From: an uncultured Candidatus Peribacteria bacterium
Lineage (GTDB): Bacteria; Patescibacteriota; Gracilibacteria; Absconditabacterales; Absconditicoccaceae
Length of the DNA stretch: 37,355 nt
Direction of reading: 5' to 3'
Assembly: GCA_964435215.1 (NCBI GenBank)
Contig: CAYSXV010000004.1
Span: 1-37,355, forward strand
Shown here piece by piece: positions 1 to 8,331 of this stretch (the first letter of the stretch is position 1; each line of letters starts with the position of its first letter). The notes under the pieces are model-generated. The model saw nothing but the letters and a program-made list of their open reading frames with translations. It was not told the origin of the DNA and did not search any database. The position numbers and the translations under genes are program-made.

Positions 1-867
1 ATCTTTTATATTTTGTTTCTTTGATATATTTTCGTCTGAAGTATGATTTATAATATTTCGTATTTTGTTTATACAAAGATAGTATCATATAAATGGTGTA
101 TATTCTATTGTATCTTTTTGTGATATGTATGCGTTTCGTAGTTTAGGATTAATCTTTGTTGATAATCATAAGAAACTTCTATGAACTCAGACCGATCAAA
201 ATGTATTTTTTAGTGGATAAAATTTTATCTTGTCTTGCGGGTAATTAAATTGATTTTGTACCATGATTCATATCTGTATGAGCTCTATATTTTTGAAATA
301 TTCTATCACCAATATTTGTTCTTTTGAAAGATTGTTAGTATCTACAGTTACTGTATTGTTTTCTGTATCTATATTAAAAACTATATCTATGTATTTATTG
401 TCAGATAATCGTTGAGTATCTATATCTCATAAATTTAATATTATATCACTATATTTTTTGAATATTTTTTGAAAAAGTTCTTTATATTTCATCATAAATC
501 ATATATTTTCTATGTCATGGTTATTTAATTTTATTCATATCAAAACTTTGGATGGTTTGTCTTGTTGCCCAAAATGTTTAAATATTTTTTTTAGTTTCAT
601 TTCATTTGATGTAATTACATTCTTGAAATTTGATTTATCATCATTTGTTATAATCTCTGGTTTATAAATATAATCTCTTGTTAATCAGACTTTTAATATA
701 TCATTTATTATCAATAAAAAATTACTTTTTCAAGCTCAATTGGGTCAAATCAATATATTTATATTTCAGTTGGATTCTGTGTCAAACAAAACTCCTTGAT
801 GTTCATTAAAATTATCCAAATATGGAAAACTTAAGACATTGGAAATCTTTACTTTTTTTATTTGCAT
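1..867 (-). CDS. P-loop ATPase, N-terminal part (ABC/SMC-like, AAA_15/AAA_21/OLD-type). The gene runs off the left edge.
   Basis: Table-25 translation from ATG (865-867) gives MQIKKVKISNVLSFPYLDNFNEHQGVLFDTESNGNINILIGPNGAGKSNFLLIIN. Walker A GPNGAGKS lies at 724-747, and three of its Gly are TGA. The frame stays open to position 1. Confidence 0.7.
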
Positions 868-1022
868 AATAACCTTGAAACGTATAAACCTAGATGCGAA
901 TAATGACTTATTAAACGCATATATAATTATAATAAAAAATCTGGATTTGGCAAATTTTGATTTAAATTAATTTGTATGGTAATTTTAGTCGTAATCTGTA
1001 TAATCATAGATAGTGAAAACAA

Positions 1023-1200
1023 GGTAAAAAGTGGTAAGAGCCGTCTTCAGAAACTTTTTATTGTTACCACTTTTTACCACATAGAAAATTAAATATTTTC
1101 TATTCCGCTTAAAGCGGGGTAAAAACGACGTTAAACTTATTTTCTTGTTACTTTTAACAGGACAAATATAAGTTTCGGCGTCTTATTTTACAATTTCAAA
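1023..1200 (+). promoter_or_regulatory. Structured 5' leader of the DEAD-box helicase gene
   Basis: Perfect 15-bp inverted repeat GGTAAAAAGTGGTAA (1023-1037) / TTACCACTTTTTACC (1065-1079). A 9-bp hairpin ATAGAAAAT/ATTTTCTAT follows (about 1081-1103), then CCGCTTAAAGCGG, then a long-range pairing GACGTTAAACTTA...TAAGTTT..GCGTC just before the ATG at 1207. A possible extended -10 (TGTATAAT) sits at 997-1004. Confidence 0.4.
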
Positions 1201-1206
1201 ACTAAT

Positions 1207-3015
1207 ATGACAAACTTAGAAGCTTTTAAGGTACTTTGACTGACTAGTAAAACATTGGATGCATTAGCAAAAAAATGATTTGAAACACCATCAGAGATAC
1301 AAAGCCAAGTAATTCCATTACTTTTGGCTAATGAAAAAAACATTATATGACAAGCAGATACCTGAACTGGTAAAACTGCTGCTTTTGGTATACCTTTGAT
1401 AGAATTACTTACTCCTTCCAAAAACATACAAGCACTTATACTTGTACCTACTAGAGAACTTGCAGTTCAAGTTGCTGAAGAAATATCTTCTTTACAAAGC
1501 GGTACTTGATTACAGATTACTTCTATATATGGATGAGCATCTTATGAGACTCAAAATAGAGCATTGAGAAGAGGAGTTGATATAGTTGTAGGTACACCAT
1601 GAAGAATCATGGATCATATGGATAGATGAAGTATAAAACTAGATAATCTTTCTTATTTCATACTAGATGAAGCAGATGAAATGTTGAATATGTGATTCCT
1701 TGATGATATTAAAAAAATATTTTCTAAAACTAAAAAAGAAAAAAGAGTGCTTTTGTTCTCTGCTACTATGCCAAATGAAATATTAAGTATTGTAAAAAAA
1801 TATATGTGAGAATGTCAGCTTATATCTGCTAAAAAAGCACAATCTGATCTTGCTCAAACTGAACAATTCTATCTAGAAGTAAATGAAAGAGATAAATTCG
1901 AAGCTTTGTGTAGAGTAATGGATAATGAACCAGATTTTTATTGAATTGTTTTCTGTAAAACAAAGGCTGATGTAGATTTCTTATTTAATAAACTTCATGA
2001 AAGATGATATATGGCACAAGCTCTTCATTGAGATATAGCGCAAAAACAAAGAGAAAATATTTTGAAATTATTTAAAAATAAAAAGGTTAAAATACTTATA
2101 GCGACTGATGTTGCAGCTAGATGAATAGATGTAAATGATATGACTCATGTTGTAAATTATAATTTCCCTCAAGATCCTGAAAGATATGTACATAGAATAG
2201 GTAGAACTGGTAGAGCAGGTAAGACTTGAAAAGCTATTACTTTTGTAACGTGAAGTGAATATAAGAAACTTTGATTCTTTCAAAGAGCTACAAAATCTGA
2301 TATCAAAAAAGCAGAAATGCCTGAAATTAAAAATGTTATTAAAAATAAACAGACTAGATTAAAAAGTAGTATATATGCTATGATAGAAGCTTGAAATTTA
2401 GAAAAATATGATGATTTTGTAACAGAACTATTGATAGATAATGATGCTAATAAAATAATTGCTGCTTTATTGAAGATGGCTTATCAGAATGAATTGAGTG
2501 AAGATAATTATAGACCAATAGATAAAGCTGGTACAAGACAGGCATATTCTAGTACTTGAAGTACAAGATTATTTCTAGCTATCGGTAAATTGAAATGATA
2601 TTCACCTAGATCATTGGTAGAATATATCTATCAAGAAACTGGAGTGAGTGGAAGAGATATAGATGATGTAAGAGTAATGGAAGACTTTTCTTTTGTTACA
2701 GTACCTAGTGCAAAAGCTGAAATAATAATAAGTAAATTTAAATCTCAAAAACAAGATTGAAAATCTATTGTAAGTATAGCTAAAGACTCAAGTACTGCTC
2801 CTTCAAGAGATAGTTATGATAATAAAAGATCTTATGGTAAATCATATTCAAGGGATTCATGATCTGGGTGATATAAAGGTAAGAGTAATTATTGAAAACC
2901 AAGTGGTTGATATTGAGATAAAAAATATGGTTGATGATGAGATAAGAAATCTTATTGATCATCAGATAAGAAATCTTATTGATCGTCTGATAAAAAATAT
3001 TCTAAAAGTTATTAA
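1207..3015 (+). CDS. deaD: DEAD-box ATP-dependent RNA helicase (DeaD/CshA-like) with a DbpA-type C-terminal domain and a Gly/Ser/Lys-rich tail
   Basis: Table-25 translation carries the Q-motif region (GFETPSEIQ), motif I (DTGTGKT, with Gly = TGA at 1363-1365), DEAD (LDEADEM), SAT, and [10 protein letters not shown]. The frame is continuous from 1207 to TAA at 3013-3015. The tail reads ...GSGGYKGKSNYGKPSGGYGDKKYGGGGDKKSYGSSDKKSYGSS. Confidence 0.95.
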
Positions 3016-3025
3016 ATAAAATATA

Positions 3026-3054
3026 AACCTGATTTAATAGTCAGGTTTTTTTTC
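3026..3054 (+). terminator. Rho-independent terminator of the helicase gene
   Basis: Stem AACCTGA (3026-3032) / TCAGGTT (3041-3047) followed by a T-run. Confidence 0.75.
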
Positions 3055-3108
3055 TTTTGAAAATATATCTGGAAAGATTATAATGAATTTCAAAAACAAA
3101 AAATATAT

Positions 3109-3621
3109 ATGAAGAAAAATTTTGTAAAAGCTCTAGTCACTAGGGAATTCTGGGTAGAGTATATAAGTTTGTATGTGTCCATAATCATAGCTACATTAAT
3201 CGTTCAAATGGCTATATTGAAGATGGATATGAGTATAATTATATTCTGTTTAATTAAATCTTTTTTGGTAACCTTCCCCAATATCATTGCTATTATGTAT
3301 GGTAGGCGTATAAATATAGTTGTAAAGCACTGGTTTATGGAAGTAATTCTTTATGTTATCTGTAGTTTACCTTATTTTGAGATAATACTTATAGCTATGT
3401 ATAAACAGGATTTTATCCTGAGTATAGATATGTTGAAGTATTATGCTTTGGTATATTTAATTATGGGATTATTTATAAAGCAGTATTTGAATTTCTCAAA
3501 GAAGCTTATAAATAGGATATTTGACGGGGAATTCTTTTGAATCCCCGTTTTTTTATTTAGACAATATTGTCCTTGTATAATTAAAGTAAATCATTATATT
3601 ATGTCTAATATTAGGTATTAA
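3109..3621 (+). CDS. Small multi-pass membrane protein. It is 143 aa if the TGA at 3538-3540 terminates (standard code) and 170 aa if that TGA is read as Gly (host code).
   Basis: The ORF from ATG 3109 has no internal TGA, all its Gly are GGN, and it has hydrophobic segments. The only in-frame TGA sits in the loop of a strong terminator hairpin. Table-25 read-through continues to TAA at 3619-3621. Confidence 0.55.
3524..3556 (+). terminator. Rho-independent terminator overlapping the TGA of the preceding ORF
   Basis: Stem ACGGGGA (3524-3530) / TCCCCGT (3542-3548) followed by TTTTTTT. Confidence 0.8.
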
Positions 3622-3659
3622 GAACTTAATAGACTTTTAATTTTTTTTCACTAATTATT

Positions 3660-3857
3660 ATGAAACAAGGAACTATCAAAAAGTGGATAGAAGAGAAAAA
3701 TTTTGGTTTTATTCTTGCATCTGATGGAGAATTCTTTTTCCATATTTCAGGATGTGTAGAAAACTATCAGCCAAAAGAAGGAGACGAAGTAACTTTCGTT
3801 CTTGGGAAAAATGACAGAACAGGTAAAACACAAGCTCAAGACGTACAACCTGCATAG
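3660..3857 (+). CDS. Cold-shock domain (CspA-family-like) protein, 65 aa
   Basis: MKQGTIKKWIEEKNFGFILASDGEFFFHISGC...EGDEVTFVLGKNDRTGKTQAQDVQPA matches the CSD pattern (G-x-[VI]-K-W-x..KGFGFI...D-x-F-x-H). It ends at TAG and contains no TGA. Confidence 0.8.
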   Translation: MKQGTIKKWIEEKNFGFILASDGEFFFHISGCVENYQPKEGDEVTFVLGKNDRTGKTQAQDVQPA

Positions 3858-3885
3858 TAGATTTTCTTCAGATATTTTGAAAAAG

Positions 3886-3912
3886 GAGGCTCGCTTAGGC
3901 GGGTCTTTTTTG
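3886..3912 (+). terminator. Rho-independent terminator after the csp-like gene
   Basis: Hairpin CTCGC-TTAG-GCGGG (3890-3903) followed by TCTTTTTT. Confidence 0.6.
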
Positions 3913-3968
3913 TTGACTTGATTTTTGTTTTATGTAATGATAATTATATTTAGTTTGTAATATATGAA

Positions 3969-4241
3969 ATGAAGCACGCAAAAAAAATCGAAAAATATGA
4001 TTGAACTACGGATGAACTTATAGAAGACATAGGGAACTTAGACTATGATTCATTAGCTGAACATTTTGAAAAACTTTCAAAGAAATTTCAGAGAGATTCA
4101 ATCAATGATATTCAATTAAATCACCCTCAAGTAGCTGAAAAATTAAAAAATATATCTATCAGATTAAAAGATATTTTAGAACAAGAGTCTAGACCATTAG
4201 CTGATTTATGTAGGGGGTATAATGAAAGAAACGAAAGATAA
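3969..4241 (+). CDS. Hypothetical protein, 90 aa
   Basis: Table-25 ORF MKHAKKIEKYDGTTDELIEDIGNLDYDSLAEHFEKLSKKFQRD... with one TGA=Gly. It ends at TAA 4239-4241. Confidence 0.45.
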
Positions 4242-4369
4242 ACTTATCTTAGATATTCTCGAATCTGATCTTGAGGTCATTTTGGTTAAGTTTCTAGTGA
4301 ACTAATATTTATAGAGTTAATACATAAATGTATAATTTGTATTCTTAATATTGGAATAGTTCAGTTTTA

Positions 4370-4828
4370 TTATTTTTTCTTGTTATTGCTTATAATTGCA
4401 ATGGAACAAACTGTGATTACTATGAACGCAATTAATGCTAAAGCTGGTATAGTGATAAATCAAAATATTTTTCGATCTATTAAAGTACAAGGATTACCTG
4501 GAGCACAAGTAAGGACATTTAATGAATTTATATATTGTATGATATAGTGATAACTAGTTAAGATAATTCAAACAATAGAGATAGGCAATATTGTATAAAC
4601 TATTTTCTTATCTTTATTAATTAGTCAAACTAAGGAAATCCATACTAATGGATACATCAATATCCTTGCCCATCGACATAGATGACATGGCTCAAAACCT
4701 GTTCCACCAAACAAATCACCATTTCCTATATTTGCAATCGGATCTCCAAAATTGGAAAAATATAGTGATCAGGCTGTTGCTAATATGGCTTGTATGAAAA
4801 TAATACGAAGAAGATATTTAGATTTCAT
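4370..4828 (-). CDS. DsbB/BdbC-family disulfide bond formation protein (membrane thiol oxidoreductase)
   Basis: Table-25 translation reads MKSKYLLRIIFIQAILATAGSLYFSNFG...FEPCHLCRWARILMYPLVWI...LTCAPGNPCT.... It has the CxxC-W/Q-R-I-x-MYP signature, a second Cys pair and four hydrophobic helices. Length is 459 nt. Confidence 0.75.
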
Positions 4829-4910
4829 GTTTTATAATATATAAATTTAAACTTATTTGAGGATAATATGACTAGATAAAAACATTTCAATAGATTTTTT
4901 TTAAAACAAA

Positions 4911-4932
4911 AATTACTCCCTAGAGAGTAATT
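4911..4932 (-). terminator. Hairpin terminator downstream of the small acidic ORF (potentially bidirectional)
   Basis: 8-bp stem AATTACTC (4911-4918) / GAGTAATT (4925-4932). T-rich tracts flank it on both strands. Confidence 0.5.
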
Positions 4933-4955
4933 TTATTTATAAGTTGAAAAGATAA

Positions 4956-5075
4956 TTATTCTGCAGCTACTTCTTCAGTTGCTTCAGGAACTATTTCTTC
5001 TGCTTCAGTTGCTTCAGGAGTTGCTTCAGTAGCGTCTGTTGCTACTACTTCTTCTACAGTTGTTTCGTCTGTCAT
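4956..5075 (-). CDS. Small acidic Thr/Glu/Ala-rich protein, 39 aa (hypothetical)
   Basis: MTDETTVEEVVATDATEATPEATEAEEIVPEATEEVAAE runs from ATG 5073-5075 to TAA 4956-4958, with a hairpin terminator just downstream. Confidence 0.35.
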   Translation of the reverse strand: MTDETTVEEVVATDATEATPEATEAEEIVPEATEEVAAE

Positions 5076-5198
5076 TGTGTTTCGAGGTTAGTATATAAAA
5101 GGTTTCTCGTACCTATTTTTGATACTGCAATGACTATAATAAAAAGATAACGAATAGCTAGTCTTTATTGATATAATTAGAAAATTATTTAAAATTAA

Positions 5199-5226
5199 TT
5201 GACAAATGTTTTTTAATGTTTATAAT
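5199..5226 (+). promoter_or_regulatory. Consensus sigma70-type promoter (TTGACA-N16-TATAAT)
   Basis: TTGACA at 5199-5204 and TATAAT at 5221-5226, about 34 nt upstream of the ATG at 5260. Confidence 0.6.
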
Positions 5227-5259
5227 AAAATGTAATTTTACTTTTATATAAGTTATATT

Positions 5260-5850
5260 ATGAAGAAAAAAACAATTCCTGAGATCCATCAAATGAGAAG
5301 AGAATCTGCAAAATTCCAAAGAGGAGATACAGCTAAACAAAGAAAGGCATTGGTAAAAGTGTTTGAAGTTAAAGATAAAATAGAAAATGTTAATGATTAT
5401 AATAAACTGTATACTTTTGCTGATTTAGAAAAAAAACCTTTAGTCACTATAGAGGAATTTAGAAATACATTTAAAAATTATGCTATTACATGAGCTTGAA
5501 TAATATGAAGTGTGGTTATTAAAATAATAAATAAAATGAAAATAAATGAAGATGAATTATTTGAACTTATTAAAATAGCTAAAAAATGAATGGAGGTACA
5601 TTCAAAAATGAATGATGAACCAATAGAGGAAGAACAGTTTAGAAATGTAATGATTAATCTTGAAACTGACTTAGCAATAAAATTAATTAATGAACGAGAA
5701 GAAACTTGAATAATAAAACAAGATGATTTCTTGATGGAATATTTAAGTAAATATAATAATAAATATTTACCTGATTTGCCTTTGAAAAAAATTGAACAAT
5801 TTTGGAAAGCTATGTGAAGTGAATATGATGAACAATGACATAATATTTAA
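5260..5850 (+). CDS. Hypothetical protein, 196 aa under table 25
   Basis: The standard-code ORF is 5260-5493. The same frame continues through TGA codons (5491, 5497, 5506...) to TAA 5848-5850, with an in-frame ATG at 5536. The C-terminal half reads MKINEDELFELIKIAKKGMEVHSKMNDEP... Confidence 0.5.
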
Positions 5851-5864
5851 TATAAAAATATAGA

Positions 5865-5889
5865 AGAGGAGTAATGTCCTCTTTTTTTG
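5865..5889 (+). terminator. Rho-independent terminator
   Basis: Stem AGAGGA (5865-5870) / TCCTCT (5877-5882) followed by TTTTTTT. Confidence 0.7.
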
Positions 5890-5950
5890 TGTATTGCTTA
5901 TGTTAGATTAATCTATACACTGATATCATAATTTTATATATTATTAAAAC

Positions 5951-6448
5951 ATGACAGAATTACTTATTATTTTTCAGTTACATACTGATAAAAAAACTAT
6001 TATCGTTAGTGATATGATCATCCCAGTGCCTAAATGATTATCTAATATAGAGATGATGACTCTTATAAAAAATTCTCTTTCTGCAATAGATTGAGCTGGA
6101 GCTATACTCAATATCATCAATCTAAATACTATTAATGCTCCAAAAGTAGAAGTAGTAAAGGATTATACTCCAAGACCAGAACGTACTTCTTTCTGACCTA
6201 GAAAAGATAAGAGTTATGGTAATAATTGATTTTCTAGAGGTGAAGGTAGACCATCAGCAAGATATTGATGACATACATCTAAACCACCTAGAGAAGACAG
6301 ACCAGCTAGAGAAGATAGTAGACCATTTAGAGAGGAAAGTAAATGATGACATCGTCCTAATAAACCATCAGCTTGATACTGACATAAACCTACATGAGGA
6401 TGATTCCATAAATGAGGTAGACCATCTCGTCCATCTAGATCAAGATAA
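5951..6448 (+). CDS. Hypothetical protein with an Arg/Gly/Pro-rich C-terminal tail, 165 aa
   Basis: Table-25 frame from ATG 5951: MTELLIIFQLHTDKKTIIVSDMIIPVPKGLSNIEMMTLIKN...RTSFGPRKDKSYGNNGFSRGEGRPSARYGGHTSKPPREDRPAREDSRPFREESKGGHRPNKPSAGYGHKPTGGGFHKGGRPSRPSRSR. Stop is TAA at 6446-6448. Track ORFs 6216-6458(+) and 6214-6513(-) are off-frame shadows of this gene. Confidence 0.6.
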
Positions 6449-6460
6449 TTGTAAATAAAA

Positions 6461-6489
6461 AAAGCCTTCCCCAAAAAAGGCAAGGCTTT
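6461..6489. terminator. Bidirectional terminator between convergent genes
   Basis: Stem AAAGCCTT (6461-6468) / AAGGCTTT (6482-6489), with A/T runs on both sides. Confidence 0.65.
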
Positions 6490-6517
6490 CAATAAATAAT
6501 TTGAGCATGGCAATACG

Positions 6518-7942
6518 CTATGCTTTTTTTTCTTTGAGTAGAGCAGCTGTGGCTGCGTTACAGAATTCTTCCGAATAGCGGTTACTTTCTATTTGTTTTA
6601 GTAAGGCTGATTGGGAAGCAAATGGACACATCTCAACAAGAATCCTTAGATGATGAACTTTGAGAAAGATTTCATCTATTGAGTTTTGTGAGAGTTTGGG
6701 AATAATAGATAACATTGTTTGATAGTCATCACCAATCTTATTGGCAATTGAGATCAAATTGTTTTGTTCTTCCAGATAGATAGATGCGGCTCTGCATAAC
6801 CCTTCCGGATATTTTTTTTGTTTGAGAATTTCCATGATCTCTACATCAGTTTTCTTTTCGAAATGTAGATATGGAAGTACTTTGGAGCAAAAACCATCAT
6901 CGTATTTTGCCTTTTCCATCAATTCCCAAAGTCCAGGTTCGTCTCTCTTTTTGAGATTGAGTTCTTTGATTGCGATTTTTAGTGCATCATTACTGAAAAA
7001 GTTTTTTCCCAGGACAAAGATAATATTGTCGTCATCCTTGAGAAATGGAATTGCCTTTGGGCAAATACCACTCATGTAGTGATGCTTTTCCAGTAGAGCT
7101 AAGATATCTTCATCCTTTTTACATATGGGGAAGAGAACTTCGCAGGTACTGAAATTATTTTGGCAGGTTTCAAATGCTAACCACATGTTAGCTTTTTGTT
7201 TTAAGGTTGGAACAACGATATTGGCAACGAATGGATGATAGTTTGACTTCTTCATAAGTGTCATCTTTGTTTTTTCATCCGTTATCATAGGAATTCCGTT
7301 GATACATGTTTTGAGATCAAACTTTGATCCTACGATTACTTCCATGATTTCTTTCTTTTTTTTGAGCCGGAGGACTCCGATTTCAGAAATATGATCACGA
7401 TAATTAAATCGTTGCATAACCTTGAGTGCGTTACTGGCAGATAAGTAGGGTATAAGTAAACGACAAATCGTCCAGTTGTAAACTGAATTTTGTACAAGTG
7501 CCCAGCGCCATGATTCTTTTTTTTCTGAGATTTTGAGCAGGGGAATGATAGCATCGCACATGTGAAATCCATACTTTGATTGTTCCATGATTTCTAACAA
7601 TTCCAGTTCTGTTTTGGTCTCCAGTCTGAAAAATGGAATCATATAATGGCAGACAATATCATCGTAACCGCTCTGTTTGATAAGAGCTATTAATTCTTTG
7701 TCTGTCTTGGCTGTGAGAGTGATCCGAGATAGCAACAAAGGTAATAAATCAGAGGAATGACTAGCTTTGGCAATAGGATATAATAAACCCTCAAAACTGT
7801 TTTGTTCCTTGAGTAATGAGATACCCAATCTACATACCTCCACTTCATACTTTGATTGCTCCATAATATTAAGAACTGTTTTTTCAGCGACCGTAATCTT
7901 CTGAGAAATACAAGCTCTAAAAAATCCTGATAAGTGTTTCAT
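6518..7942 (-). CDS. 474-aa alpha-helical repeat protein of unknown family. It is TGA-free and is the last gene of the RT cluster.
   Basis: Uninterrupted ORF with no TGA in 474 codons; all 14 Gly are GGN. About 12 degenerate repeats of roughly 38-42 aa share the pattern hhxhMxxSKYxxxxCxxhhPhLK (for example IMEQSKYEVEVCRLGISLLK, IMEQSKYGFHMCDAIIPLLK, LMEKAKYDDGFCSKVLPYLH). It looks GC-richer than its surroundings. AAGG lies 3 nt upstream of the ATG. Confidence 0.8.
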   Translation of the reverse strand: MKHLSGFFRACISQKITVAEKTVLNIMEQSKYEVEVCRLGISLLKEQNSFEGLLYPIAKASHSSDLLPLLLSRITLTAKTDKELIALIKQSGYDDIVCHYMIPFFRLETKTELELLEIMEQSKYGFHMCDAIIPLLKISEKKESWRWALVQNSVYNWTICRLLIPYLSASNALKVMQRFNYRDHISEIGVLRLKKKKEIMEVIVGSKFDLKTCINGIPMITDEKTKMTLMKKSNYHPFVANIVVPTLKQKANMWLAFETCQNNFSTCEVLFPICKKDEDILALLEKHHYMSGICPKAIPFLKDDDNIIFVLGKNFFSNDALKIAIKELNLKKRDEPGLWELMEKAKYDDGFCSKVLPYLHFEKKTDVEIMEILKQKKYPEGLCRAASIYLEEQNNLISIANKIGDDYQTMLSIIPKLSQNSIDEIFLKVHHLRILVEMCPFASQSALLKQIESNRYSEEFCNAATAALLKEKKA

Positions 7943-8052
7943 AGCCTTATTTGTTTTAGTTATTGATTGTGTTTTTATTATTGTTGGTTTTGTATTTTAT
8001 TAAGTATTACAATATAGATAAGAAAAATAATATCAAGAATAATGTTTTTTTA

Positions 8053-8331
8053 AAAAAATGCCCTGAATAAAAATCCAGGACATAAGTGGTATGGGCAAGT
8101 AAGGTTCCTGTCAGAAATGTAACCTTATTTATAAGGTTATAAATAAGACTGATTTTTATTGATATTCAACTGAATATCTTTTTCTGTCGGAACTTGTCGG
8201 AAATGTAAGGTTACATAAATATCACTTCCTCTTGTCCTAATCATAAATACCTCGTCTCGCAATATGCGGGGACTTTCAAAAGACAAAGCTTTAACCGGCA
8301 TTTAACGTGCAAAATACGCACGGCTTTTTTT
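8053..8331 (-). ncRNA. Structured RNA, paralog 0 of the RT-associated RNA family (diverged copy between the vWA gene and the 474-aa gene)
   Basis: It shares the 20-nt core GTCTCGCAATATGCGGGGAC (8254-8273, + strand notation) with the copies at 15237-15256 and 15559-15578. It also has the same closing stem, AAGTGG(TAT) at 8084-8092 against (ATAT)CACTT at 8219-8227. The two upstream hairpins are replaced by different sequences that still form hairpins (CGTGC..GCACG at 8307-8323; CTTT..AAAG). Confidence 0.55.

Noticed and set aside
2816-3019. Track ORF 2816-3019(+) ([13 protein letters not shown]...) might have been a separate small gene.
   Set aside because: It is out of frame with the DEAD-box helicase, whose table-25 frame continues through this region as a Gly/Ser/Lys-rich tail to TAA at 3013-3015.
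6214-6513. Track ORFs 6216-6458(+) and 6214-6513(-) might have been genes.
   Set aside because: They are off-frame or antisense to the table-25 gene 5951-6448, whose frame gives a continuous protein with an RG-rich tail. The minus ORF also spans the bidirectional terminator.
8307-8331. The plus-strand hairpin plus T9 (CGTGC..GCACG GC TTTTTTTTT) suggested that RNA paralog 0 is transcribed from the plus strand.
   Set aside because: The two better-defined paralogs have consensus promoters and U-run terminators on the minus strand. The T9 is the complement of the AAA-rich end of the vWA gene, and the hairpin occupies the position of scaffold hairpin 1 in the minus-strand RNA. Plus-strand transcription is not strictly excluded.
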